Shown: one piece after another, positions 33,795-42,035 of the stretch
Numbering within the stretch: position 1 is the first letter of the stretch
Layout: each line of letters begins with the position of its first letter
From: a virus
Lineage: Duplodnaviria > Caudoviricetes
Virus record (IMG/VR): IMGVR_UViG_3300038673_000242
Location: 1-42,412 of that record
Length of the DNA stretch: 42,412 nt
Reading direction: 5' to 3' (one strand)
Notes under the pieces: model-generated
Database searches by the model: none
What the model saw: only the letters and a program-made list of their open reading frames with translations
What the model was told of the DNA's origin: nothing
Program-made: the position numbers and the translations under genes

Positions 33795-35765
33795 TTAATC
33801 ATCATCTCTGTCATATAGGGTGTTCTGTCTGTAATATGGATAGCTACGGTCTATTCGCTTGAAGGTATGTGCCCTGCTCGAACTGCGGGACGCTTTATGC
33901 TCTATATCGTCGCAGTGAAGCTTGTACTCGAACTTCGATATCTGTTTGCCTACCGATGTCGCCGAATCCGCCACCATTTGCCCTGTTATGTCATACACGG
34001 CTTTCATTAAATCCTGTGCAGAGCCGCTCCAACCGCTGATTGGGTTGCGTTTGACCAGTTCCTTGATGGTCTTCACATACACGTTATTCTCGTATTCATC
34101 GCGCTCACGCCGCGCCGCTATCTCCTCCGCTGTTCCTTCTACTTCCCACTTGTACTCAGCCTGATTGAACGCTATCACCAAATCACTTTGCTGTATGTCG
34201 CGCCCTGTTACCGAGAATGTTGCATTTTCGTCATTACGCTTCTTCTTCGATATAATTAGTATTGTGTCCGCCGCACCCATCAGTGCTGTGCTTCCGCTAA
34301 TCATATTGAACACATCACTTTCATCTGCCATTTTCCTGAGGTGATGAACGAAGAGCACACAAATTTTGTTCTTATCTGCGAAGTCCTTGACTGCCGCCAT
34401 TTCTCTGTATTCATTGCCATAGAGCGTATCGTCCTTCGACATTTTCCCCCGAACTTTCTGCAAAGTGTCAATGATAACCAGTTTTATGTTAGGGAATGTT
34501 TTTATCTCTTCGGTTATCTTGTCCAATAGCCCTGTTTCAAGTGTGTCCGCCTTGATAACAAAGTGCACTCCGCGCGGGGCTGTTTTGTTCCTCAGCATTT
34601 TCTTCAATCTGTCCTGTAACCTGATTTTGCCGTCTTCAAGCGCGTAGTATAAACTGTCGCATTCTACTGTCTTAAAGTTTAGAAAGGAGTTACCTTCGGC
34701 GGCGGCTAGGCATAATTGCAACACCATCCATGACTTGCCATACTTCGACGGCGCACACAAAATAGCGAGACCAGTCGGCAGCAGATTCTCAACTATCCAG
34801 GTGATAGGTGCCAGTGTTTCGTTTACGAGGTCGTATGCATCAAAGCTGTCTTTGTCTGTTGCATAACGCTTCCTGATTTCGAGTTTTGCCGCTTTCACAT
34901 TCGCTTCCAGTTGCTTTGCGTTGTGCATCAGAAGCTCATTAGGGTCTTTGAAATCGCCGGCGACATTGAATTCTATGTGCTTGATACCTCGCTCCACCAA
35001 TTCCGATGCCATTTTTCTAGATGCGTCCTTGCCCGGTTCATCGTTGTCAAAGCATAGAATCAGCCCGCCTGCGCATTTGGTTTTTCCCGCCGCTTCTACG
35101 ACCTTACGCCATCCTACGGTACCGCACGTAGCAACAGCAACACCGCCACTCTGCATAATACTTAGCGCACAAATCGGCGATTCGACCACGAAGATAGGCG
35201 ACCTGTTCTTGCTTGAAAATACTTCCGTGTTAAAAATAGGTTCGACACCTGCATCTTCGGTTTTTGGCTTAAAGAACGTCTTCTCCTCTATGCCCCTGCT
35301 TTGATAGTATTCCAACTTGGAACTGTACGGAATGACGACTGATTTGTGCCTTACGTCGTACCCTAAACAGTATTTTTTTATCGTTACTGCGGTAAGGCCG
35401 CGCCGCTGAAAATAGTCGGTTTTGCCAATATTTGCCATACATTCGCGCAAGTATTCCTTTATCATTTGCTTTTTGCTTTTAGGTTCGCTTTCTTCGTAAC
35501 GTATGCCGTATATTCCCGCCAATTCTTTTGCCGCTTCAAATGGTTCAATGCTCCTAAGCTTTGCAACAAAATCTATTGAACTGCCCGATTCGCCGCATGC
35601 AAAGCACTTGAATCTGTTGGTGCTCTTGTCTATTGATAACGATGGCGTTGAGTCTTTGTGAAAAGGACATAGACCTTTGCCGCTTCTGTCAATGCGGATG
35701 CCGTAATGCTCCAACACGTCGGCAATATTAATTTCAGTTTTGACCTTTTCGAACAAGTCGCTCAT
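33795..35765 (-). CDS. Primase-helicase: CHC2 zinc finger + Toprim + RecA-like (AAA_25) helicase
   Basis: CPFH...CFAC; ES.ICALS, FDNDEPG, KDPNE; APSKYGKS, LVIIDTL, VHH. Confidence 0.92.
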   Translation of the reverse strand: MSDLFEKVKTEINIADVLEHYGIRIDRSGKGLCPFHKDSTPSLSIDKSTNRFKCFACGESGSSIDFVAKLRSIEPFEAAKELAGIYGIRYEESEPKSKKQMIKEYLRECMANIGKTDYFQRRGLTAVTIKKYCLGYDVRHKSVVIPYSSKLEYYQSRGIEEKTFFKPKTEDAGVEPIFNTEVFSSKNRSPIFVVESPICALSIMQSGGVAVATCGTVGWRKVVEAAGKTKCAGGLILCFDNDEPGKDASRKMASELVERGIKHIEFNVAGDFKDPNELLMHNAKQLEANVKAAKLEIRKRYATDKDSFDAYDLVNETLAPITWIVENLLPTGLAILCAPSKYGKSWMVLQLCLAAAEGNSFLNFKTVECDSLYYALEDGKIRLQDRLKKMLRNKTAPRGVHFVIKADTLETGLLDKITEEIKTFPNIKLVIIDTLQKVRGKMSKDDTLYGNEYREMAAVKDFADKNKICVLFVHHLRKMADESDVFNMISGSTALMGAADTILIISKKKRNDENATFSVTGRDIQQSDLVIAFNQAEYKWEVEGTAEEIAARRERDEYENNVYVKTIKELVKRNPISGWSGSAQDLMKAVYDITGQMVADSATSVGKQISKFEYKLHCDDIEHKASRSSSRAHTFKRIDRSYPYYRQNTLYDRDDD

Positions 35766-36100
35766 TTTCGCTCTTCCTCCATGTACTCGTTAAAAAAACG
35801 CACCTTTATTTCTAACAACTTTGCAAGCTTAATTTCCTCTCGCATTCCCGGTGAGATGATATTTCCGAACACCCACACCTCCTGAAATGCCCACATCCAC
35901 TCCTGCGCCATACGCAGTCCGTCTTTTCGCTCTTTTGCATCTGTATCATCGAGAAATTCGGGATAAAATGCGTGGGGTGCAAAAGGATTACATCCTTGCT
36001 CGTATGCAAAGCGACAATATGTCAACGCCGCTAGTCTGTTTCTCTCTGTTGCCTTCGCGCTACGCCCTCTGAAAGGCGAGCATATGTATACTTTCTTCAT
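35762..36100 (-). CDS. DUF4406-like / nucleoside deoxyribosyltransferase-like protein
   Basis: Start MKKVYICSP; P.APH, EVWVFG..IS.GM..EI. Confidence 0.7.
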   Translation of the reverse strand: MKKVYICSPFRGRSAKATERNRLAALTYCRFAYEQGCNPFAPHAFYPEFLDDTDAKERKDGLRMAQEWMWAFQEVWVFGNIISPGMREEIKLAKLLEIKVRFFNEYMEEERK

Positions 36101-36324
36101 TTTTTCCGCTTCTCCATCGTCTTTATTAGCCGTTTTAAGTACCACGCCGCCTTTTTTAAGTCATCTATTCCATCTTTGAAACGATAACGAGATACATACT
36201 TGATAACATTACCTACACAGTAACCATAGAAAGCATCATCAGAGAGTTTGTCCTCGATATACTTTATGGTCTCTATTCTTGTTCCCGCGTAATGATTCGG
36301 GTGGTTGATTTTATCGTCCTTCAT
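36097..36324 (-). CDS. DUF3310 (SaV-like) protein
   Basis: INHPNHY, GN.IKY..R..K.G..DL.KA.WYL. Confidence 0.85.
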   Translation of the reverse strand: MKDDKINHPNHYAGTRIETIKYIEDKLSDDAFYGYCVGNVIKYVSRYRFKDGIDDLKKAAWYLKRLIKTMEKRKK

Positions 36325-36378
36325 GATTGCTCCTTCGGGGCGAGGTAGCGGAAATATCCGCTACCAACCCCATTTTTC

Positions 36379-37068
36379 CTACTCAACTTCGTCTACTGTG
36401 TCTACGTTCTGCGCAAATGACTTCGCTTGCGCGGTCATATTGTCAATAAACGCCTGCTCCTCCGGCACCAACACTCGCACACACGAAAATACTGCTTGTG
36501 AGTAATTGATTCCTGTCGCATTTTGTGCCTTTTTCAGCGAAAACTTTGTAACCACCTGATTGGATTTCGTTCCCTTATTCAACAAACGCATTATGTACTT
36601 GCTGAATTCGCCGAGACTTCCTGTCGGGAGAGTCATCAAAATCGGCAGCATCTCGCCTTCCCTCAGCAGATAGATTCTGCGCTTCTGCTTGCAAGCTTTT
36701 CCCTTCCCGCCTTCATCGCTCCCGAACTTTGAAAACGGACACTTTGCACACTCAACTACTTCACCGTCCGTGTTGATGCCTACCTTTCCATCCATCGAGC
36801 CGCAGTCGGGCGGATTATTACTACCGTCATACTTGTCCTTGTAATAAGTGTTGATTGGGTGGTGATACAAGATGACCGCTTCGAATTCCTTTACCATGTC
36901 AGGACTGTTTGGATCGTCGCCCGGCACCTCAAATGCCAAGCCACCGCCGGCAGGTATTTTGATTCGCTCAAACGAAGGTGTAAGACCGTCTGTTTCCTCC
37001 GCAAAATCGTTACCGATATTGCTAGTCGCTAAGTATTTGCTCTCTTTCACTGTTAATTCCTTGCTCAT
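36379..37068 (-). CDS. Probable ssDNA-binding/recombination protein with Zn site
   Basis: RIKIP.GGG, PP.C.S.DG, C..CP, GKACK; acidic tail; position in the replication module. Confidence 0.55.
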   Translation of the reverse strand: MSKELTVKESKYLATSNIGNDFAEETDGLTPSFERIKIPAGGGLAFEVPGDDPNSPDMVKEFEAVILYHHPINTYYKDKYDGSNNPPDCGSMDGKVGINTDGEVVECAKCPFSKFGSDEGGKGKACKQKRRIYLLREGEMLPILMTLPTGSLGEFSKYIMRLLNKGTKSNQVVTKFSLKKAQNATGINYSQAVFSCVRVLVPEEQAFIDNMTAQAKSFAQNVDTVDEVE

Positions 37069-37080
37069 TGTTTTATCTCC

Positions 37081-37485
37081 TTATTTTTTTCTTACTTGAA
37101 TTGATTGTTTCTCTGCGATTTGCACCAGTCCGCTAAGCCAGTCCGGCATAACATCTTCATTGTTTGCTTTCAGTTCCTTCAACGTTGCCTGCAATGTCTG
37201 AGTGTTAATGGTGAATAGGTGTTCAAACCCGCGTTCCTTCATCACCTCATACAATTCGCCCTTCATTTCGGGTATTGCCGAAGGATATTCCTTGCGTACC
37301 AAGCTGAACATAACGCCATTTCGCTTAAAGCTTTCGCATTCTTCGGTCGTCATTTCCTGTATCAAATCCTGTTCGACACCCTCAATTTGCTTGTTGACTT
37401 CTTTCATTTCGAAGTCCAGTTCCGCCTTCTTGTCTCGCAGTGTTTTGAGTTGGTCTGCAAGCTCCAACATTTTTGTTTCTGTCAT
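37081..37485 (-). CDS. Conserved coiled-coil phage replication-module protein
   Basis: N-terminal coiled coil; N.QTL.A pattern. Confidence 0.55.
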   Translation of the reverse strand: MTETKMLELADQLKTLRDKKAELDFEMKEVNKQIEGVEQDLIQEMTTEECESFKRNGVMFSLVRKEYPSAIPEMKGELYEVMKERGFEHLFTINTQTLQATLKELKANNEDVMPDWLSGLVQIAEKQSIQVRKK

Positions 37486-38816
37486 TGTGTTCCTCCTGAT
37501 AAAATTTGTTTTGGATTGTCTACCACTAGCTTTGCTAGTGACTCTTTGCGTTTCAGAGCCTTCATCGTCAGCTCATCGACTGTGTTTTTTGCTATTAAGT
37601 GAATGTAAATGCACTTATTTTTCTGTCCTATTCGGAATATGCGCGCCCTTGACTGCTGATAGTTGGCGAAGCTGAAGTCCAACGAGTAGAACACTGCCAC
37701 GCACGACGACGTTAGGGTTAGTCCCATTGATGTAGTTGCTAGTTGCCCTACGAACACAAGACAGTCTTCATCCTCCTGAAATCGTGCTACCTCCGTCGCC
37801 CTGTCCTTGACATCACCGCACACTAACGAATACTTAATACCTTTCTTGACGAGCATTCGCCGTATCGCTTCAATCTCGGGTAGGTATCGCACAAAGACGA
37901 CCACCTTCCTGTGCTCTTCCTCACAGCTGTCTACGATGTCTTCAAGTGCTTCCAACTTCGCCGAACTGACCTGTTGCGCATTACGCTCCATATTCGTCAC
38001 ATATCCGCCTGTGATTTGACTCAGCCGCAACAGCTTCGTCAGCACGTTCCTTCCGTCAACCTCGCCGCTCATAAGTTCGATATAACTCTCCCGCTCCATT
38101 TGCCGGTACAGCCTTGCCGCGTTCGGCTCAAGGTTGATATAGATTTCTCGGTCTTCTGTGTCAGGCATATCTACTGCATCTGTCAGCTTCACTCGGTATG
38201 CTATCGAATGCGCTTTCCCGACCAGTTCGTCTAGGTTCTTGTACCCGACGATTTGATGATTGCCGTAGCCGCCGATTATCGCGTATTTTGCCCTAAACGG
38301 ATAGAAGCTACCTCCGAATATTTGGTCGTCCAAGAACTTGTACTGACTGAAGAAATCAAGTGGGTTATTTACTACCGGCGTTCCTGTCAATATCACGTTG
38401 TAGCGTGACTTCTTTCCCAGTTTGTGAAGCGTTTTACTGCACTGCGCCTTCGGGTTCTTTATCTTGCTTGATTCGTCACAAACGATTAGGTCTGCATCCC
38501 ACTTCAGCATTGTTTCTTCGAGCCGCCACACGCTTTCGTAATTGAGCACTACCACTTGAAGAAAGTCTGTTGCCTTTAGTCCGTCTATGGTTTGCGCCTT
38601 ACGTTGCGTGTCGCCCTCCGGCACCGTTAGTTGATAGTCGAAGTCCGCAAACTTGAAGAATTCGTCTTCCCACACGTTCATTATTGACTTCGGTGATACG
38701 ACCAACATTTTGTGAATTTTTCCCTGTTGTAGAAGCGCACCCGCCAACGCTATCGTTACAAGCGTTTTCCCTGTTCCCATGTCCATTAGAAACGCTACCC
38801 CTTTGCTATTCGCCAT
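37482..38816 (-). CDS. SNF2-family helicase lacking its N-terminal Q-motif segment
   Basis: MDMGTGKT at residue 10, CDES, LTGTP, GLTLT, QSRARI.RIGQ. Confidence 0.92.
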   Translation of the reverse strand: MANSKGVAFLMDMGTGKTLVTIALAGALLQQGKIHKMLVVSPKSIMNVWEDEFFKFADFDYQLTVPEGDTQRKAQTIDGLKATDFLQVVVLNYESVWRLEETMLKWDADLIVCDESSKIKNPKAQCSKTLHKLGKKSRYNVILTGTPVVNNPLDFFSQYKFLDDQIFGGSFYPFRAKYAIIGGYGNHQIVGYKNLDELVGKAHSIAYRVKLTDAVDMPDTEDREIYINLEPNAARLYRQMERESYIELMSGEVDGRNVLTKLLRLSQITGGYVTNMERNAQQVSSAKLEALEDIVDSCEEEHRKVVVFVRYLPEIEAIRRMLVKKGIKYSLVCGDVKDRATEVARFQEDEDCLVFVGQLATTSMGLTLTSSCVAVFYSLDFSFANYQQSRARIFRIGQKNKCIYIHLIAKNTVDELTMKALKRKESLAKLVVDNPKQILSGGTQ

Positions 38817-39219
38817 GCTTCTTCCTCCACTCGTATTCGAACAACGCCTTCATCCGATGGTATCGCCGGTGCTCTGACCTTTTCATCGCAACAAGGTTGT
38901 CAATTCGGTTGTCTGCTTCGTCACCGTTGATGTGATGCACTTCTTCATCCGCCCTCAGCGGCCTTCCCAGATACTCCGCCAAAATGCGTCTTGCTTTGCG
39001 TGAGTTGCCGTGTTTTGTGTCTGAGTACGGCATCTTCGCTAAACCGTTTGTGGCTCTGTTTAACGCCGTCAGGTGCTGTGCTTTATGCCCTGCGGACATC
39101 TTGCTGTAGTCGCAGTTTTCGCGGTTCCACGCATTCATGTGTTCGCGGCAGCAGAAGTTGTGCGTTCGCGGTTCCTTGCGCTCTATTGGTGCGCCGCAGT
39201 AATCACATTTTGTTGTCAT
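38806..39219 (-). CDS. HNH (homing-type) endonuclease with N-terminal Zn finger
   Basis: C..CG...FCC..H; GRPL...EEVHHING...DNR..NL......H..YH. Confidence 0.85.
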   Translation of the reverse strand: MTTKCDYCGAPIERKEPRTHNFCCREHMNAWNRENCDYSKMSAGHKAQHLTALNRATNGLAKMPYSDTKHGNSRKARRILAEYLGRPLRADEEVHHINGDEADNRIDNLVAMKRSEHRRYHRMKALFEYEWRKKHGE

Positions 39220-39370
39220 CTGTACCTCCTATTCCCAGTGTCTTTAGCGCGAAATTGAACGCTTTGACTTGGTGCTGATACAGCTTCGCTTTTATTGGCA
39301 TTGGCAGTATCGGTTTTTCTTTCTTTGCCTTCTTTTGCACCGTGCCGGTGCCGTCTCGAATGTTGTTCAT
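39203..39370 (-). CDS. 55-aa N-terminal (Q-motif) fragment of the SNF2 helicase (not in ORF track)
   Basis: GAGG RBS; MNNIRDG...PMPIKAKLYQHQVKAFNFALKTLGIGG...; LY.HQ..A..F is the SF2 Q-motif. Confidence 0.7.
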   Translation of the reverse strand: MNNIRDGTGTVQKKAKKEKPILPMPIKAKLYQHQVKAFNFALKTLGIGGTDDNKM

Positions 39371-39375
39371 ATTCC

Positions 39376-39711
39376 TCAATCCTTTTTTGGTATTTCAAGA
39401 GCAAAGGTTTTAAGTATCTCTTGCATGGTCTTCGCATCCTCACCGCTGAGCGTTGCTGACAGCTGTTCCAGTAACGCTTTCTGCTTCGGTTTCAAATACT
39501 TGCGCCCGATGTAGTATCCGTCTACTACGTGTACCCCGCCACCGTTGCCCTGTGTTGTGTAAATCGGGTAAGAACATTGCAGTATCATCAGGTCTCTGTA
39601 CAACGTGCTACGCGCTATTCCAAATTCTGCCATCAGATTTGCATACGACTCGTGTCGCTTATCGCATATGTATTCCAATAATTGTTGTCGACGCTCTGTC
39701 GCACACTGCAC
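39376..39711 (-). CDS. HTH_11/DeoR-type winged-helix regulator (YafY-like N-terminus, no WYL domain)
   Basis: GTG start with AGGAGG RBS; L..EFG....T..RD...L....PI.T..G.GGG. Confidence 0.75.
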   Translation of the reverse strand: MQCATERRQQLLEYICDKRHESYANLMAEFGIARSTLYRDLMILQCSYPIYTTQGNGGGVHVVDGYYIGRKYLKPKQKALLEQLSATLSGEDAKTMQEILKTFALEIPKKD

Positions 39712-39752
39712 TGTTCTCACCTCCTTTGCTCTTGATGCTTTCATTTTTGCAA

Positions 39753-39781
39753 TCAAAGGTTTCACCTAATGACACCTTTGA
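39753..39781. promoter_or_regulatory. Inverted repeat, candidate operator
   Basis: TCAAAGGTTTCA-CCTAA-TGACACCTTTGA, 11/12 complementary. Confidence 0.55.
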
Positions 39782-39831
39782 AAAAATAATAGAAATTTTT
39801 TTTGTGCTTTTTTGTACGGACTTTTTGGGAT

Positions 39832-39938
39832 AAAAAAAAGCCTGACACATAGCGTTTGCCGTGTATCAGGCTCCCTTCGGGGTATTAAAAAACCCCACAA
39901 AGGGTTAACCGTTTCTTGGCTAACGCTCTGTGAGGCTT
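39832..39938 (-). terminator. Two tandem terminator hairpins before the replication operon
   Basis: CCTCACAGAGCGTTAGCC/GGTTAACCCTTTGTGGGG + T tract, then AGCCTGATAC/GTGTCAGGCT + T tract. Confidence 0.7.
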
Positions 39939-40073
39939 TGATATCCTCTAATTAATAGATAGACTCCAGTTTCTTCACACTGACTTGCTTCCGTGCGTAG
40001 GATTTATGGTATTTCACACCTACTGCCCACCGCAAAGCAAGCGGTTTCATAGATTATTCAGTTGTATTGGCAC

Positions 40074-40274
40074 TCAGCCCGCACTACCTTTACCTTTCTT
40101 GGCAATTTTAGCTGACTTTGGCAATCTAAATTTTATTACAGCATCATCACTATTATCAGTAACTTTGAATGTTGCTCCACAACTAGGACACTGTATTACC
40201 AAATCCTTGCACTCCGCGACCTGAAAGTGCATCATGTTGCAACTAGGACATTCGATTGTTAAAGATTTCGCCAT
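40074..40274 (-). CDS. Small Zn-ribbon protein
   Basis: CPSC...CPSC, basic tail, GGAG RBS. Confidence 0.65.
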   Translation of the reverse strand: MAKSLTIECPSCNMMHFQVAECKDLVIQCPSCGATFKVTDNSDDAVIKFRLPKSAKIAKKGKGSAG

Positions 40275-40422
40275 TCTAATTACTCCTTTTCCCTAGTCAT
40301 CTAACGGTTATATTTAATTCACTACATTGTGCCGGTTGGGAATTCCAAACACGTAGACGAATTACGTTAATGACCTGACCAAGCGGTTTATCACCGCGTG
40401 ACCGCGCGTTTATTTGCCTTTT

Positions 40423-40614
40423 TTAGGCGGGTTTTTTAGTAAAACCCTTGTCAATATCTATGGTATATACTGGAAAAGTAACCATATTCGCCTCGTCTGG
40501 TATCATTACCTCCATACCACAGGACGTACACTCAAACCATCCGCCAGTTTCCTCTAAGTTCAGCCGCTTCTGCAGGCTTCCACAGATTGGACACTTTACA
40601 TCTTTACACATCAC
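40423..40614 (-). CDS. Small Zn-ribbon protein
   Basis: CPICG...NLEET.GWFEC..C; GGAGG RBS. Confidence 0.7.
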   Translation of the reverse strand: MMCKDVKCPICGSLQKRLNLEETGGWFECTSCGMEVMIPDEANMVTFPVYTIDIDKGFTKKPA

Positions 40615-40894
40615 CTACACCTCCTTTCATATAGTTTTGATAACAATCATACTCTTTTGACACAAACCACTTGCTGTTTTGCTTATCGAAGTAAATTTTC
40701 TTCCGTTTCCCCTTCAGTAAACACGCAAATTCGTACACTGAGTACCCACCCCAAGGTGGTTGTACCACTTTTTCCGTAAATACCCTGTCAATAATGAACA
40801 TTTCGTCCGCGAAAATCACCTTCACTGGTCGAATTTGTCCTTGCTCGGTATATTTTACAATCACTTCGATTGGTACAGCGATGCTTTGTGTCAT
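40604..40894 (-). CDS. Small beta-rich protein resembling those next to clostridial dinB/lexA loci
   Basis: ATGA overlap with the lexA stop; V.V.Y...G.I.P......ID.V...GG...F.C...G.......KWFV. Confidence 0.55.
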   Translation of the reverse strand: MTQSIAVPIEVIVKYTEQGQIRPVKVIFADEMFIIDRVFTEKVVQPPWGGYSVYEFACLLKGKRKKIYFDKQNSKWFVSKEYDCYQNYMKGGVGDV

Positions 40895-41514
40895 ATTCTT
40901 CCTAAATATCCGACTACCACGCCGAGTATTTCGCACTCTTTTGTTTCTATATCCTTATAGATACGTTCACCGTTTTCGTCAACACTACTATTGGCGGCTC
41001 TGAGTATTACTTTGTTCTTGCGCGGGAGATATATTTTTGCAGTAGCTTCCTCCCCTATCATGGCTACAACCACTTCTCCTGCATCAGCATAGTTTTGCTT
41101 TCTAACAACTATTAGGTCTCCATTATGAATGTTCTTCTCAATCATACTGTTACCTTTTGCCCTCAACAAAAACTTTTCTCCGCATCCATACAGTTCAGTC
41201 GGCAACATGTATGTGCCTTCCACGTTCTCGTATGCGAGTATTGGTGCTCCGCAGGCAACTGCGCCAACAAGCTGTGCCGGCTCGCATCTGCCCGCGTGGT
41301 GAGATACTGGAATGTCAATGCCAACATGCGCCGTTGTCTCTATTAAGTCTCTGTCTTTTAGCACCTTCAAGTAGCGTTGCACCTTTCCGATACCGGTGTA
41401 TCCGTTGACTCCATGCATGATGACGCGGTATGAAGGTGACCTGCCTTCTGTCTCCTGATACTTGCGTATGAAATCTAACGTCCTTTTTAATAATTTTTCG
41501 TCGTAGGTTTGCAT
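40891..41514 (-). CDS. lexA: LexA-like repressor (wHTH + S24 autopeptidase)
   Basis: G.SPS.R.I HTH; VACG.P cleavage loop; GNSM (Ser) and ATAK (Lys) dyad. Confidence 0.85.
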   Translation of the reverse strand: MQTYDEKLLKRTLDFIRKYQETEGRSPSYRVIMHGVNGYTGIGKVQRYLKVLKDRDLIETTAHVGIDIPVSHHAGRCEPAQLVGAVACGAPILAYENVEGTYMLPTELYGCGEKFLLRAKGNSMIEKNIHNGDLIVVRKQNYADAGEVVVAMIGEEATAKIYLPRKNKVILRAANSSVDENGERIYKDIETKECEILGVVVGYLGRI

Positions 41515-41532
41515 GTCTTGCTCTCCTTCTTT

Positions 41533-41587
41533 GCGTTACAGTGTGTAACGCTAAACAAATAATATCATAGTGAATTCAGCGAGTCAA
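41533..41587 (-). promoter_or_regulatory. lexA-like promoter with downstream palindromic operator
   Basis: TTGACT-N17-TATTAT (41587-41559, TGn extended); GCGTTACA-GTG-TGTAACGC at 41533-41551. Confidence 0.7.
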
Positions 41588-41613
41588 TCCTTTGGAACTG
41601 ACTTTTTTCTGCT

Positions 41614-41631
41614 TGTCCCTAATCAGGGACA
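41614..41631. promoter_or_regulatory. Palindrome, candidate regulator site
   Basis: TGTCCCT-AATC-AGGGACA. Confidence 0.45.
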
Positions 41632-42035
41632 TATTTTTTACTTTTGTTGTGATTTGTAGTATCCAGAACGCGAAATTTTCCTCCGATTGATGATATAATA
41701 CTGACATCGCTATCTGTGGAGGCTTTGGTGCGCTGTTGTTGGAATGTAAAATCACCCTCTCGGGTCATTGAAAAGAAATGTGAAAGACATAAAGAGCCGG
41801 CAAATGACTTGGCAACGTGTGGAACTTATGCTAGGATACACCAACTATGCAAAATCTGATGTTTCGAATCAACCTATGCTGTTCCAGTAATACGTGTACC
41901 GAAGCGCAGTCAATAACCGTCTGCGCATTGACATCAGGCTCATAAAACGAGACAAGGCGACCGATTATTTGGTCGCTTCTCTTATGTACTTAATGCTTTG
42001 CAACCGCAAATCTACGGCGAAAAGGGGGTGATAAA

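Larger units (their letters stand above)
627..41631 (-). mobile_element. Temperate siphovirus-type prophage with tandem serine recombinases, possibly defective (portal frameshift); right boundary not defined in window
   Basis: Co-oriented regulation, replication, packaging, head, tail, holin and integration modules. Confidence 0.92.

Noticed and set aside
36344-36365. Perfect hairpin GGTAGCGGA-AATA-TCCGCTACC after the SSB-like gene
   Set aside because: No U tract; most likely an ordinary mRNA-stabilising or pausing stem.
38806-39219. Group I intron carrying the HNH gene
   Set aside because: The HNH ORF overlaps both flanking ORFs, leaving no non-coding sequence for a ribozyme core.
39216-39443. 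75-aa ORF in the track
   Set aside because: The overlapping frame 39203..39370 has an RBS and the helicase Q-motif and is the better call.
429-41408. Numerous plus-strand ORFs in the track (e.g. 429..968, 8841..9743, 17289..18020)
   Set aside because: Antisense shadows of well-supported minus-strand genes, lacking RBSs or recognisable motifs; only 27090..27530 is credible.
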